Source: Ancylonema sp. (taxonomy: Eukaryota). From it: DNA of 55,871 nucleotides. Numbering within the stretch: position 1 is the first letter of the stretch; the number at the start of each line of letters is the position of its first letter. The stretch is taken from positions 1 to 55,871 of the forward strand of contig JBFLGF010000227.1 in the NCBI GenBank assembly GCA_050230475.1. The letters run 5' to 3'. Both the position numbers and the translations under genes were made by a program. Below are positions 12,340-24,290 of the stretch, one piece after another. Under the pieces are notes generated by a model that was not told the origin of the DNA, made no database searches, and saw only the letters and a list, made by a program, of their open reading frames with translations.

Positions 12340-15300
12340 TTTTGACAACAATCACTCGCAACGTATTTTTAAAAGATTTTATCTAGCAGTACACACAACA
12401 GAAAGATATCGTCGACATACAGCCCTAGATACAAGGCATCAGCTCCCTCTCTCAGAATATACAGTCCAAAATCAGAAGCCAGACGACGAAATTTTAGCTT
12501 TTTCAATACGTCGTCAATGTGCTGGTGCCATCCCCTTGGTGCTTGTTTCAGGCCATAGAGACACCTGAGCAGCAACCACACCACCTCCTCCACACATGCC
12601 ATCTGGAGCCTCCATGTACACCTCTTACTCTAGTGGTGCATACAGAAAAGTTGTGGTGACGTCCATCTGGTGCATGTGCATCCCCTTAGAAGCTCCTATC
12701 TGATGCTTTCAAAACGTACTGTCGGTGAGAAGGTTTGATCATAATCATCTCCCTCAACTTGACTAAAACCCTATGCAACTACCGTGCCCCTGTACTTCTC
12801 AACAGTTCCATCTGTATTATATTTGACCGTGAAAACCCACTTTGACTTGACGATTTTCTTTCCTTTTGGCCGAGGAACCAAGCGATAAAGTTGATTTTCT
12901 CGAAAGCTTCCCATTTTTGCTGCCATAGCTTCTTCCCAGGCAATCAATTGAGGTGTGTTTGGTGGCGTTGTCTCATGTTTGACCCCTCTGCCTTTCAGCC
13001 ATTTTCCGAAGTCACCATCGATGAACTCTCCACCTCAATCAGATCTCAGATTTTTCACTGGCTTCCCAGACTGTCTCTCCTGAATTGCAATCGAGTGCTT
13101 GATTTTGTGCTGAACTCATCGACGATCACCATGTCGAAGTTTCCGCCCCCAATCGATGCAGGTTTGAATGGCCCAGCCAGATCCACCGACACTCTTCCAA
13201 GACACACTTGCTCCCTTGCACCTGCTTCTCGACGTGGCTAAGGTATGTCATGAGCTTTTCACAGCTTGCGGCCCTCACAATTTTTCACGACCCCTGAAAT
13301 TCCTCCCTCAAGTCCTTTCACAAGTTCATCTGGAAACATATTTTTCAGCACCCTCTCGTTCGCATGCCCTAGTCTGGTGTGGAGTCGATTGATGTCGATG
13401 GCACCTACAACAGCCTCCCCCTCAATGCATTTTCGATGTCGAACTGGAGTGCAGGTTAGAGTTTTGCGACCTGTCGGTGTTTCTTGCAGCGTGCAGACCT
13501 GCTTCCCAGATTTGTTGAAGACAATAATTATGCCCCCGGCCTTGCCACTGTAGGTATACGACAACCTGCTTCCCTTGCTTTTTGCCCACTGAATATATTT
13601 ACTCTCATGCCTGGAATGTAAAGACATTTTTGGAGAGTCACTCCACCACATTCTCCATCCGTATTGAGCTCGACTGTTCCCCATTGCTTGACACGAACAC
13701 TGCCAACAAGATGATGCATAATAACCTCATGTGGAATGTCCTCGAGAGTTTTGAAATGGATTTTCTGTCCACTTGAATGATGGCTGGAGCCATCGTAAAA
13801 AAGAAAGCCTTTTTTTGCATCATCAAGATCTGCTACATTCCCCTCGCAGATTTTTGCAACGACAGCTTCACTATGTCCGCAGCAGTCATGTTCTTCAATC
13901 TCAACTTCACCAACAAAAGCAGATCTCCCTGTGCGCACTCCCTTTCTCTGCATGCGTGGAGCTTCATTCTTTTTGTCGAATCAGGTAAACTCAACATGAT
14001 CAATCGCTCCACAGTACTCGCACTCAGCATCTTTCTTTGTGCAGTCTCGACTATAGTGACTTGTTTCTCCACATGTGTAGCATGAATGACCTCCACTAGA
14101 TCCACTGCTGCCACCTCGTCCTCCTTGACCATCTCTGCTTCCACGACTGCTTCCAAAATTTCCTATGCTTGCACCCCTGCCTCTTCGATTATCGATGCCA
14201 CCACCTCTGCCTCGACTAGAGAAATTTTGTCTTTAGATGACCACTTGACATAGTTTGCTTCAGCAACTAGTGCTTCTCCATCTTTAACCTCTTGCTCTTT
14301 CTTGTCATCCAGTTCGTCAACTCCCATCTGTGCCCAGATCCAGTCGATTCGAGGTGCCTCTTTCTGCCATAGTAGAGCCGATTCAGAAGTCCATACTTTG
14401 TTCTTGCCATCCCGGCAAACAACGTCATCACCTGTCTTCCTTGCTGACTGTGTAATTTTGGTGTGTGCACTCTCGCAGAATCGATAGGAACTCCAGCTTT
14501 ATATCTCGAACTGACATCTTCTCATTCACTCTGAAAGAGTTCAGCTTCTCCTTGGCGAGCTGTCGAAGTTTTGGAGTTACTTTGTCATATTCCTCCTTCA
14601 CGTAATTCCACATTGATTTGGGGTCTCTTTCGAACTGCTCTAGCACTGTAGCAATGTCTTCACAGACAAGTGACATGATCAGCATCACAGCGTTCTTTGT
14701 CCTTTTCCGAAAACTCTTCACATTTGTAGAGTACTGGTCCATTTCGGCTTCGTTTAGTGGCCACTGCTCATCATTGGACCGCCATGCTTGAAAAGGGACT
14801 TTCTCTCAGTCTAGGATGTAGTATCTTGCTCTGATACCACTGTGATAAGTTTCTTCTACCATCTTTGCAATAATAAATTTCAACTCTTAATCAACTCATG
14901 AATCAATCGATCACGACATTACAAGCATTAACACAACAAAAGTGCAAGCTTGAAATAGAAAGTATGATTACAGGATCTTGCGTGCTAGTCCACTCTTAGT
15001 ATAGTTGAGTGTGATCGACAGAATGCCTAAGTCAACATATCGAACTATCTAAGTCAACACCAATCACAACTAAGCATTATGCCACATTGACTAAAATTTA
15101 TCGACACTTGTCATGACGCTAGAGATCGTTAAGGGTAAAACCCCTTTGTAACAATATCCAGACCTCTCTAGTAAAATACCTTGTTAGAAGAAATCAGATT
15201 CAATATAAAGATTTCATGATTTTGTGTGAAGTTAGAATCAGTACTCTGCAAAATCCAACAACTTTTTGTAAACTCGAAAATAACGCGTGGCGTATTTTCC

Positions 15301-16645
15301 GGTCGTACAATTTAGACTACGTGTCGACTTTTCAGCGCTTAGCGCAACTTTGCTATCGACGATGATATTTCTGACGTGTCGATATTATCTCGGCGATAAA
15401 ATCCAGCCGTAGAATATTTGACGTCTATATTTGTAGCGTCCAGATTAAATAGAACTTTCTAGAGTACAGCCTGTCGATTAACCATGTCGATTAATTCTAG
15501 TTAGTTTGACGCTTGTTAGTTTTACGATTTGACGATCGTAGCATAAAGGCATTTTCATTGTACATGCCAACTTCCGCTCTCAGATTGCGCCGTCAAGAAA
15601 CTTTCAAAATATATTCTCTCAAAATCCTATCAATTGTATTCTCTGAAATATGCAACTCCTGGCTGACGCGAGTTCTTGCCATCATCTCCGTGTCTTGTCT
15701 ACGATTACTCGTGCGACTACCGTCGACGAATTCTGTAAGTTGACCGAAGTGACCTTCGCAACTTCCTATAATTACTTGTGTGTTCCGCTGACGCTCTTAC
15801 TGAGCCAGCCTGTGAACTTGATTGTTTACCATCACATCTTAGTGCTGACGCTCTTACTGAGCCAGTCCTATCATCTACCGCGGTGCTGACGCTCTTACTG
15901 AGCCAGAACCACTTTGTCGATTTACATCGATTTGTTACCGCTCGTACCGAGCCAATACGATAACGACGCGCAACCACTTGTTGACGTTCTAACTGAACCA
16001 ACACATCACATCCATCACAACATCTGTCAACGCTCCGTTTGACAGCCGAACTTTCTACTCGAAAGTTTACCTTTCGGCTTTTCGGCTGTCGACCTTAATA
16101 TTCTGCACCAGATGTTTACCATCAACAATCATCCTTTCCAGACTTTCTATTGTTGATAGTAATTGTCGACTCGCCCTCGGCGTCAAGTAGTGTTCCACAC
16201 ATTCACGCACGAGAAAGTGGGATAGAATTAGCGTAACACCTAGTTCTCAGCACAGACTCAATCTGCAACCCAACTTAGTGAGAGCAGCCGAGCCACCTCG
16301 AACACTACATGAACATTCAGAAGCAAGTGCTGAAGCCGAACAATCGACTTCAGAAGTCCGAACCTACAACACTTCATCTATCCAATACTCTCCTACAACG
16401 ATCAACTACATCGACGACACCAGTTCTACAGAAACCCACCATGAGCAACCGACTCAAAACCGCACGTCATACTTCTGTTGACTGGCCAGAACTTGTCGAC
16501 ACAATCATTACTTACAAGTTCGGCCGGCATTTTCTGAATAACGAGAAGAACTCAAACTACAGCGAGCGGATCGGACAAATCGATATAACAACAAAAGTTC
16601 ACAACCCCTAAAAACTAACAGTCTAGTACCCTTAGCTCTATCTCA
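12340..16645 (-). mobile_element. Degenerate Ty1/Copia LTR retrotransposon, 3'-truncated, with an interrupted 5' LTR
   Basis: Minus strand: tRNAi-Met PBS TGGTATCAGAGC (plus 14828-14839), gag fragment, CCHC knuckle CYTCGETSHYSRDC, LHTRLGH, RT motifs KSKWVF, HQMDV, LYGLKQAPRGW, LYVDDI; many stops and deletions. LTR = 14841-15108 plus 16470-16645, with ends tgtgataa...ctatctca. Confidence 0.88.
15109..16469 (+). mobile_element. Solo A-B unit inserted in the Copia LTR (A 15109-16277, B 16278-16469)
   Basis: Begins TGTCATGACGCTAGAGATCG; B begins GTGAGAGCAGCCG and ends GCACGTCA. Collinear with the copies at 19087-20417 and 48638-49676. Confidence 0.75.
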
Positions 16646-18439
16646 TTGGCTTATTTGTTTTGTAAATTTCCGCCCTTCGATTAAGGTGCAAGTATGGGAG
16701 ATGGTCAAGTTTCTATGATTCATGTTCGCTGTGTAATTGGCGGACATAGAATACCAATCAGATTGGTCGTGTCAGAGTTTTGAGCAAGCAGTCTACGAAC
16801 ATATTTGCTCACATAAAAGCAGTTTCTTTTGGCGCCAACATACATTGGCACAATTGAATACCCCCTAACCACTCGTCTTCTTTGACTCGTCTACCCACCC
16901 CTGTTTCACTCGTGTCTCACCTCTGCAGTCCACCATGAACACAACTGTGGCCGCCGCTGTTAAGAAGCATTTCACGCTTAGTGCGGAAAGTATCACTATT
17001 GGCGGAGGTGCCAAGAGGTACAAATGCATCTCCTGCGACAAGTCTTGTTGGCTCCGCAACTAAATTGAGAACCCATCTGCTCGGCATCCGGGGGGCAAGC
17101 GTTTTGCCTTGTGCCACGGTCTCATCCAAGGTCACCGAATCGATTCTGTCGCTAGAGATGGAGGATCTTCGTCCGCCACCTCCCCACACGACGGCGACCT
17201 CCGACGTGCCTGCAGGCTATGGCGGATAGACCCTCCTCAAGTTCCACGCCGGCAAGGGCTTCATCCTCTCTCCCTATACCTTCTCCGAGGCGTATGACCC
17301 CCATCTCGGAGGCTTTCCGTCGAATGAACAAGTCCGGCGCGGATCACAAGATTGCTAACTTGTTCTATGTCCACGGAATGTCCTTCAACATTGCAAGGTG
17401 CAGGGTGATACCAATTCTGTTGTTATTTATTTTGGTGTACCTAATGATTGTGTTCTTTCAATCAGTATGTTTTCCGAAGTTGCGATCTACAAATTTGATG
17501 ACAAATGATATTTTGTAAGCTGACTTTTTTTTTGTGCTTCCCACGGTAGATCTGACGAATTCAGGGAAGCCGTGAAAGCGGTCAGCGATTTTGGTGCCGG
17601 ATACGTACCCCCTTGCTACAACGCTCTTCGTGTGAATCTTCTGCAAAGCTCGAAGGTGAAAGTGGATTCGTGGTTAGACGTCTAGCGCGAGGAGGGGAGG
17701 AGGTCAACTAGCTTTGTGCTGTCAAGCGACGGTTATGAAGACAACTCGAATAACGCTCTCATCAACATCGTCCTCTCTACCCAAAAAGGCGCTCACTTCG
17801 TCAAAGCCATCAACACACCAAGTGCATTTGTTTTCCGGAGTTCTTCTTTTATTGATGTCGAATATTGATTGGCTGATTCTTCGAATTCCTCATCACTGTG
17901 TTTATTCAAAGCATGAATCCTTCTTTTGAAGCCACGGTATTACGTATACTGACCGGGCCCCATCTTTTACAGGGCATGTGAAAGATGCAGCGTACATCGC
18001 GGCTATCTGGAGATCAGCTATCGAGGACATCGGAAAGGAGCACATTTATGCAATCGTAACTGATGGGGCTTCCGTCAACAAGGCTGCGGCCAAGATAATC
18101 AATCTCGAGTGATTATTTCATGGCCACACTCATGCTCTATGCAATCTGATATCATGTCATTACACTTTGCGGTAACAAAATTACAAGTTTCCAAATCTGA
18201 CTTTTAGTGATTACTTTGATTACTTTTAGTGATGACAGGTACCCTCAAATCTTATGGGTTCATTGCACGGCCCATGCCTTGGATCTCGTCTGCGAGGATA
18301 TGGGGAAGTTACCCCGGATTCAGCAAACATTTCAGATCGTGCGTGACATCATCAAGTTCACCAAGAACCACCAAATGAGCCACGCCATGTCCAATGCGAA
18401 GTCCGATAGGAAGATGTTATCGCTAGGTAATAATATGAC

Positions 18440-18750
18440 CTCTTTATCTTGCCATTTCCTCATCCGATTACTTCATCTTGATGTCTGGTGTGGCTTGATT
18501 CAGCCAGCTTCTTCCCCCTTTATTACCTCATCTCGAATAGCTTGATGCAGCTGGCTCCTTCCTCCTTTCACTACTTCTTCTCGATTATAATGTTATGCTC
18601 ATCTCTGAATCACCTTGATTCCGCTGGCTCTTTCCTCCTTTTATTACGTCTTCTCGATTATAATGTTATGCTCATTTCTGAATTATCTTGATTCAGTTGG
18701 CTCTTTCCTCACTCATTTCATTACTTCATTTTGATTTCTGATGTTATGCT
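18440..18750 (+). repeat. Degenerate ~60-70 bp tandem repeat in a hAT intron
   Basis: Recurring cttgattcagctggctc..ttcctc..ttattac..tctcgattataatgttatgctca units. Confidence 0.7.
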
Positions 18751-19086
18751 CCAAGCACTAATAAAATCAATGTGGTGCTGGTGCAGGAGACACGAGGTTC
18801 TACACCGAATACATCGCAGCGGAAAGACTTCCGGAGGTGAAAGATGCCCTTCAAGCAACTTTCGTATCGAGGGAGTTCAACGAGTGGGCACAGCACTAGG
18901 TCTTCAAAGCAGAGGCCGCTCGATTGAAGAGGCTTGTGCTCTCGGACGACCTGTGGACAGATGTGGTGGGACTCGTGGAGCTCCTCAAACCAATTGTGAA
19001 GTTACTGAGATTGGTGGACAGTGACATTCCATCCATGGGGAAGGTAAGATGGGACCTCTAAGGGGATGGGAAAGTGTGGGAATACA

Positions 19087-20417
19087 TGACGTGCTGTTCG
19101 GAGTCGGCCGCCCGGAATGATATTCTTCATACTTTGACTTCTTGTTCCCGGATGTTTCTCAGAATGATGACTCTGGTAGTGCTCGTGGTTGAGTAATGAT
19201 GATGTTGACTGGGTTGGTATCGATGTCGTTCGAAGGTGATTGAAGGTTCTCAGGTGGAGTTGGTGGTTTTAAGTAGTATTGCACATTGAGTCTCTGCTGA
19301 GATATCAATATTATATCTATCACACGTCTCAGCGGTCTGGTGAAATTCACTACTTCACGCCGAGGGCGAGCTGACAGATGGTCTATAGTACAAAAGTTTG
19401 TGAAAATACTATAAAGCAAACAAGATAGTCTGGAGCAGACTATCGAGGTTAGCAGCCGTAAGAGTTACTTTCGGTGCGAAAGGTATCGACGGCGCGTCGA
19501 TAAAAGATGCTGGCTCAGACAGAGCGTCAGCAGACAGGTGTTTACAACAAATGCTGGCTCGGAGCGAGCGACAGCAAACACACACACACAAATGAAAGTG
19601 CCGGTTCGGAGCGAACGCAGGCAAATCGGCATATATAAAAAACACACACGCACGCTTGCTGGCTCAGAGAGAGCGTCAGCGAATCGATGTAAGAAATTAC
19701 AATTGGTTAACAAGCTAGCTCAGAAAGAGCGTCAGCAACGAATTCAGATGAATCGGATAAAAATACACACACACACACAGATTGCAAAGAACGATTTGCA
19801 ATCTTACCGGCTGGCTGACGGATGTCAGGTTGAGTCGGAAGACGAGCACGTTGCGAAGTCGCGTAAGCGAAGGAGAATGCAATTTTCAGAGAATTGCAAA
19901 GGATTCAGATAACACATAAGATTGTTGAAGGGATTTCTTAACAACGCAATCTGACAGCGGAAGCTGGCAGATCTGAAAGTACAAATTTCTTTTATCACAA
20001 AAGTTGTTGCGCGGTGCTAACCGGCATAGTTAACTAGAGTTAGTCGAAGATCACAACACTGGCTTCTAGAACATTACAATTCATCTCGGCGCTCCGATAA
20101 AAGCGGCGCGAAATAATACTCTAGTTCTACGACTGGATTTAATTGCCGGGATTATCGACAAGTCGAAAGTGACTTGTGATTTTAACAAAATCGACACGCA
20201 GCTATTTGTTGAAGACTGCTGGATTCTAGACTTCGGAAAATACGCCACGCGATATTTTCAAGTCGTACAAATTTCGTACTCCACTATTTTTTCTAGCAAA
20301 GTATTGATTCTAGAAAATCGTTATATCGAATACTCTAGTTATAGCAGAGTATTAATCTAAAGGGGTTTCTGTTCAATCTAGAAGGGTTTCGCCTTAGCGA
20401 TCTCTAGCGTCATGACA
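19087..20417 (-). mobile_element. Solo A-B unit inserted in a hAT transposase intron (A ~19270-20417, B 19087-~19267)
   Basis: Minus strand starts TGTCATGACGCTAGAGATCG and ends GCACGTCA. B aligns with 51976-52160; the first ~220 bp of A closely match 50938-51158. Confidence 0.8.
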
Positions 20418-21819
20418 TCAACATACGTGATGTAATGATTTGTTTCACTGTTTTGTTACGGCATGAGGAATGATTTACAATCTATCTACATACTGAATTC
20501 ATTCTTTACTTTTTTTTTTGTGTCAGGTATTTTATTACTGATCGTTGATGGACGCACACATCGACTCCAGGACAGCTCCAATGTTCGACACGCTCCTGAA
20601 GGACGAGCTTCGGGAGATATTCCGGAAGCGATGGGATAGTTTTTCGAGTCCTCTTCACGCCGCGGGGTTTGCTCTCGATCCGGAATTCCAAAGCGTGCGC
20701 TTCAACGCCGAGGTGATGCGCGGCCTTCGAAAGATTTGCAGACTGTTTCTGAGCGACGAGGAGGCGAAAAGGGCGATGTTGGGCCACGCGGCGTATGTGG
20801 CGAAGGAGGAGGACTTCGGTGAGAAAATGGCGATGGAGCTTGCGGCGGACACGCCGTCCTACCAGTGGTGGATTCAACATGGTGGAGAAGTCCCCGAGCT
20901 ACATAAAGTTGCAGTGAAAGTACTTTCGATGATCTCCGGGGCTGGTGCGTGTGAACGATCATGGAGTGCATATGATTTCGTACACTCGAAGAAACGCAAC
21001 CGCCTGACCCCCGAAAGAGTTTCTGATTTGGTATATGTGTTCACAAACATGCGACTACAGAAGAAGGCACGAGGGTCCGAGACATTTGCTTACTGGGAGG
21101 AGTGAATTCTGAAGCGGAAATATGATAGGGGAAAAGTTGTTGAAAGTAGATGCCAAGTATTTATTATGTGGTAGGAAATTGCATCTCATACATTTACAGA
21201 TTGGGAGAACGGAATTCTGAAGTGAAAGTAAAGTGAGGGGAAAGGTTGTTGGTATTAGAAGGCAAGAGTTTTGTGTTGATAGAATGGGGGAAAAAGTGGA
21301 TATGTGCGTAGATGAGGAATAGGCATGAGTGTGGTACAAAGTAGTGTATTGGCGAAGAAATATGAATGTGACATTTGCTTGTAGTCAGTTTAATTATGAA
21401 GTTGTTTGATACGTTGATGGTAGGGATGGTGAATGATAGGGTCTATAAAATCGTTTGAACTTGCGACTTGAAATAATAAATATGTCCAATTATAATATTT
21501 CAAAATCCGATATTCGTTTGTAACATTATATCATTTTTTTCATGGCATGTGAGTATTAATGTATTTCATTAGTCGAAAATGAGAAATGCAATTCGTCCAA
21601 TTGCTATGAGTAGTGTAGGGGGAGTGGAAGAAAATAACACTTGGATTTATCGAAAAAGCAAGTGTGCAACTTGGTTTTTGGATTTTCGTTCATTAATGTC
21701 TTGCCAAATGTTTTTTTGGTATTTTTTAATAGATGTACATTGAAAAAACACATAAGACTAAAATATTTCCGAAGTTTTTTGAGCTAGGAAAAAATATAAA
21801 AACATATAAAAACAGAAAT

Positions 21820-21918
21820 AACCCTAAGTCGCCGGTCCGAACTTTTGGGCCTCGAAGGACGAACTCCGGTCCGAGATGCGGACCTCCGAACCCGGTTTCG
21901 AGGGTTCGGGTAACTATG
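21820..21918. mobile_element. Right terminus (TIR plus subterminal repeats) of the hAT element
   Basis: Ends ...gggtaactatg (reverse complement CATAGTTAC) after ggtccg repeats, ~800 bp downstream of the transposase stop. Confidence 0.65.
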
Positions 21919-22410
21919 TCACGGGTACCATTTACTTGGATGTCATGTGCTAACAACTCAATAGGAGACTTGGCACTAACTGCAAAAATGTAAGGTGTTT
22001 GATTGAGTGCCACGACGAGGAGATGCGGATACCGTAGTGGTCATAGATTATGACCAAAAAAATATCCGAAAGGAGTGGGTCGGGATATATTTTTTAAAAT
22101 AAAATATTGCCCACTGGGCCATGCATTACATTTATTTTTTGCGCGGAGTGGGTCATGATTTAAGAATTCAAGGATTTGGTGATGTCCTACGTTTACGTGG
22201 CTGGGTTTTGGTCGCGCATTTTTCCATCGTGGTCCGACAGCGACATCGCGGGGAACCGAATATGCTGACGTCTAGCAACGCATCGTCTAGCATATACACA
22301 CAAATTACACTCAATCCCGCATTGTACGACTACAAGTGATAATGTTTGAATCATACTTTCAAGTTGTCCCCACATGTAACGTACACCACCCCATCGATCA
22401 TACCATCACC

Positions 22411-23058
22411 CATAGTTACGCGGATCGGAAGACCGGGGTCCCGAGGTCCCGACTCCGGACCGAGGTCCGTCCTTTTGGCTAAAAAAACCGGACCGGCTAT
22501 TCAGGGTAATATCGATTTTTGGGGGTTTAAAGGTGTTTTCCGTGGAGAAAAAATTCCGGAAATGTTATACTTGCGAACGAAATTATATTTCACATCTTAT
22601 AAAAATGTCAAAAAAATGTTAGACCTATCAAATAAGTAACCAAAACCTGAAATGCATCATTAAATGTAGCGTTTTTCACCACTTTGGAAAGATATCACTC
22701 GGGAAAATGCTCTAGGTCATTTGGAATGGTTACAAGTGGTCCATAATTTTCAGTTTCCATAGGTTACAATGAAATGCTGAAATGATGCTCATGTGAGGCT
22801 CCAAAAAATGTGATGAAGCGTTATATGAAGTGTGATTTATTTGTTTAATCTTGCTAAAACTTTGCAAGCCACAAATGACAAATATATATTACACGTGTGA
22901 GTTGCAGAAAAAAAAAAGAAGCTCCACGTCCTTTTCCCCCGCGGAAAAAAATGTACGGCAAAAAAACCCTGAAAGTTCCCCGGTCCGACCGGGTCCCTAC
23001 TCGGGACCAGGTCCGACCGCGGTCCGAAAATCCATTGTTGCCGGTCCGTGCAACTATG
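22411..23058. mobile_element. Non-autonomous hAT element (MITE)
   Basis: Imperfect TIRs catagttacgcggatcgg / ccggtccgtgcaactatg; 8-bp TSD ccatcacc / ctatcacc (7/8 match). Confidence 0.85.
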
Positions 23059-23142
23059 CTATCACCCCCTAAAAACCAGTATACCCCAAATATTTATCCC
23101 AAGTATCACCCAAGCACAACAAGTGCCAACTGTTTTTTACAT

Positions 23143-24290
23143 ACTATCCAAAGCAAGGTAAGCTTTGGGTGCCGAAAGCACCCAAAGCGAAGCGAAGCGA
23201 GCCTAGCACACAAGCAGGCTCATGGCGTTCCAGCTACGGCAATAATAAGAGATCGTGCAAAGAATCTCGTATTGCAAGTACACAAAGTATTGAATTAAAA
23301 TCGTCCGGAAAATGTTGTCGGAAAGTGAATACAAGAGTATTGCATATTGGACGTGCACCACTCTCCTTTATGTAAAAGCAAAGTATTCAACAAGTGCAAA
23401 TTCAGAATTCATATATCAATTCATCATGGTCTCCTTGCAAGAAATTATTCTTCAAAAATATAGTATAAATTTCAGACTCGAGAGTCTTAGAACAAACCAA
23501 CGCAAACCCTAACTGATGCAACTTCTGGGATCGACAGCCCCTGACCTCTAAGCATACCCACGTATCACTTATGTGTCACTATCTCACACCTCGTGTCTTG
23601 TAAAGTCGACACGTTATCTGTCAATCCTTACACGCGTCCAAAAATCACCAAATTTTGTCAACACGTGTAGCATCCTAAATAAAACACAACACAATTGAAA
23701 TCACTCAATTCGGACCACGCATGACGCGTGTCGACCAATTCAAAGTTCTGACGGTTTACCGTCTGTACCCCTAATTTGCACTCAGAACGTAATACTTGTA
23801 AAATCCATATCTTTCTAACCACAACTCCAAATCAACTAATTCTTTCACTAAAATTATCCTTGAGGTTATCATCACACACTCCACACATCGACACAACCCA
23901 AATTTTACTTATTTTACAGAGTTCTAGTTTATCACAAAGAGTCCAAGCCTAGACGTATAAAGGTGGAGCACCAACCCACTCGAAGAGTGGCGGCTGAGCC
24001 AAAGTTTAACTGACGGCGATTGACTAATGGCTGAGCAATCCCAATCGTTCACTCAACGGCTGACGGAACCCCTAACTCAATGAATGGACAAGTCAGTGGG
24101 AGCGCCAATCATACGCAAGACCTAAGAAGATCCGCATAAGCTTCTAAGTCACCTTATTTTCCATTGGGGCGTATGGAACACTCTAGCCCTAAATAACGAC
24201 ACAAGGTCCGCTGGACCGAAGATACCCACCCGTTCCTCTATAAAGGTGCCTGGCACGCACTACAAGGACACGAGCCTGAACACTACGACA
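23143..24290 (-). mobile_element. LTR-like repeat (family 3) carrying a ~600 bp nested insert at 23355-23951
   Basis: The reverse complement aligns with 47537-48068 in two blocks and starts TGTCGTAGTG; the insert is flanked by a duplicated gacgt. Confidence 0.7.

Larger units (their letters stand above)
16935..21105 (+). pseudogene. hAT-superfamily transposase pseudogene (BED finger, DUF659-type core, hATC dimerisation domain), intron-containing
   Basis: KRYKCISCDK...KLRTHLLG (BED finger, frameshifted), SDGYED, IVTDGA, WVHCTAHALDL, WWIQHGGEVPELHKVAVKVLS..ACERSWS..KKRNRL. Premature stops at 17683, 18897 and 20540. Confidence 0.9.

Noticed and set aside
16239..16260. tRNA primer-binding site after ...gtaaca
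   Set aside because: No tRNA complement recognised, and homology with other copies shows the A module continues to 16277.
15787..19736. CRISPR array (23-nt palindromic repeats with spacers)
   Set aside because: Eukaryotic TE context, irregular spacer length, degenerate repeats and no cas genes; kept as hairpin arrays.
12028..21918. One full-length hAT element bounded by these termini
   Set aside because: Subterminal motifs differ and the 8-bp flanks (tttggaaa vs tcacgggt) do not match.
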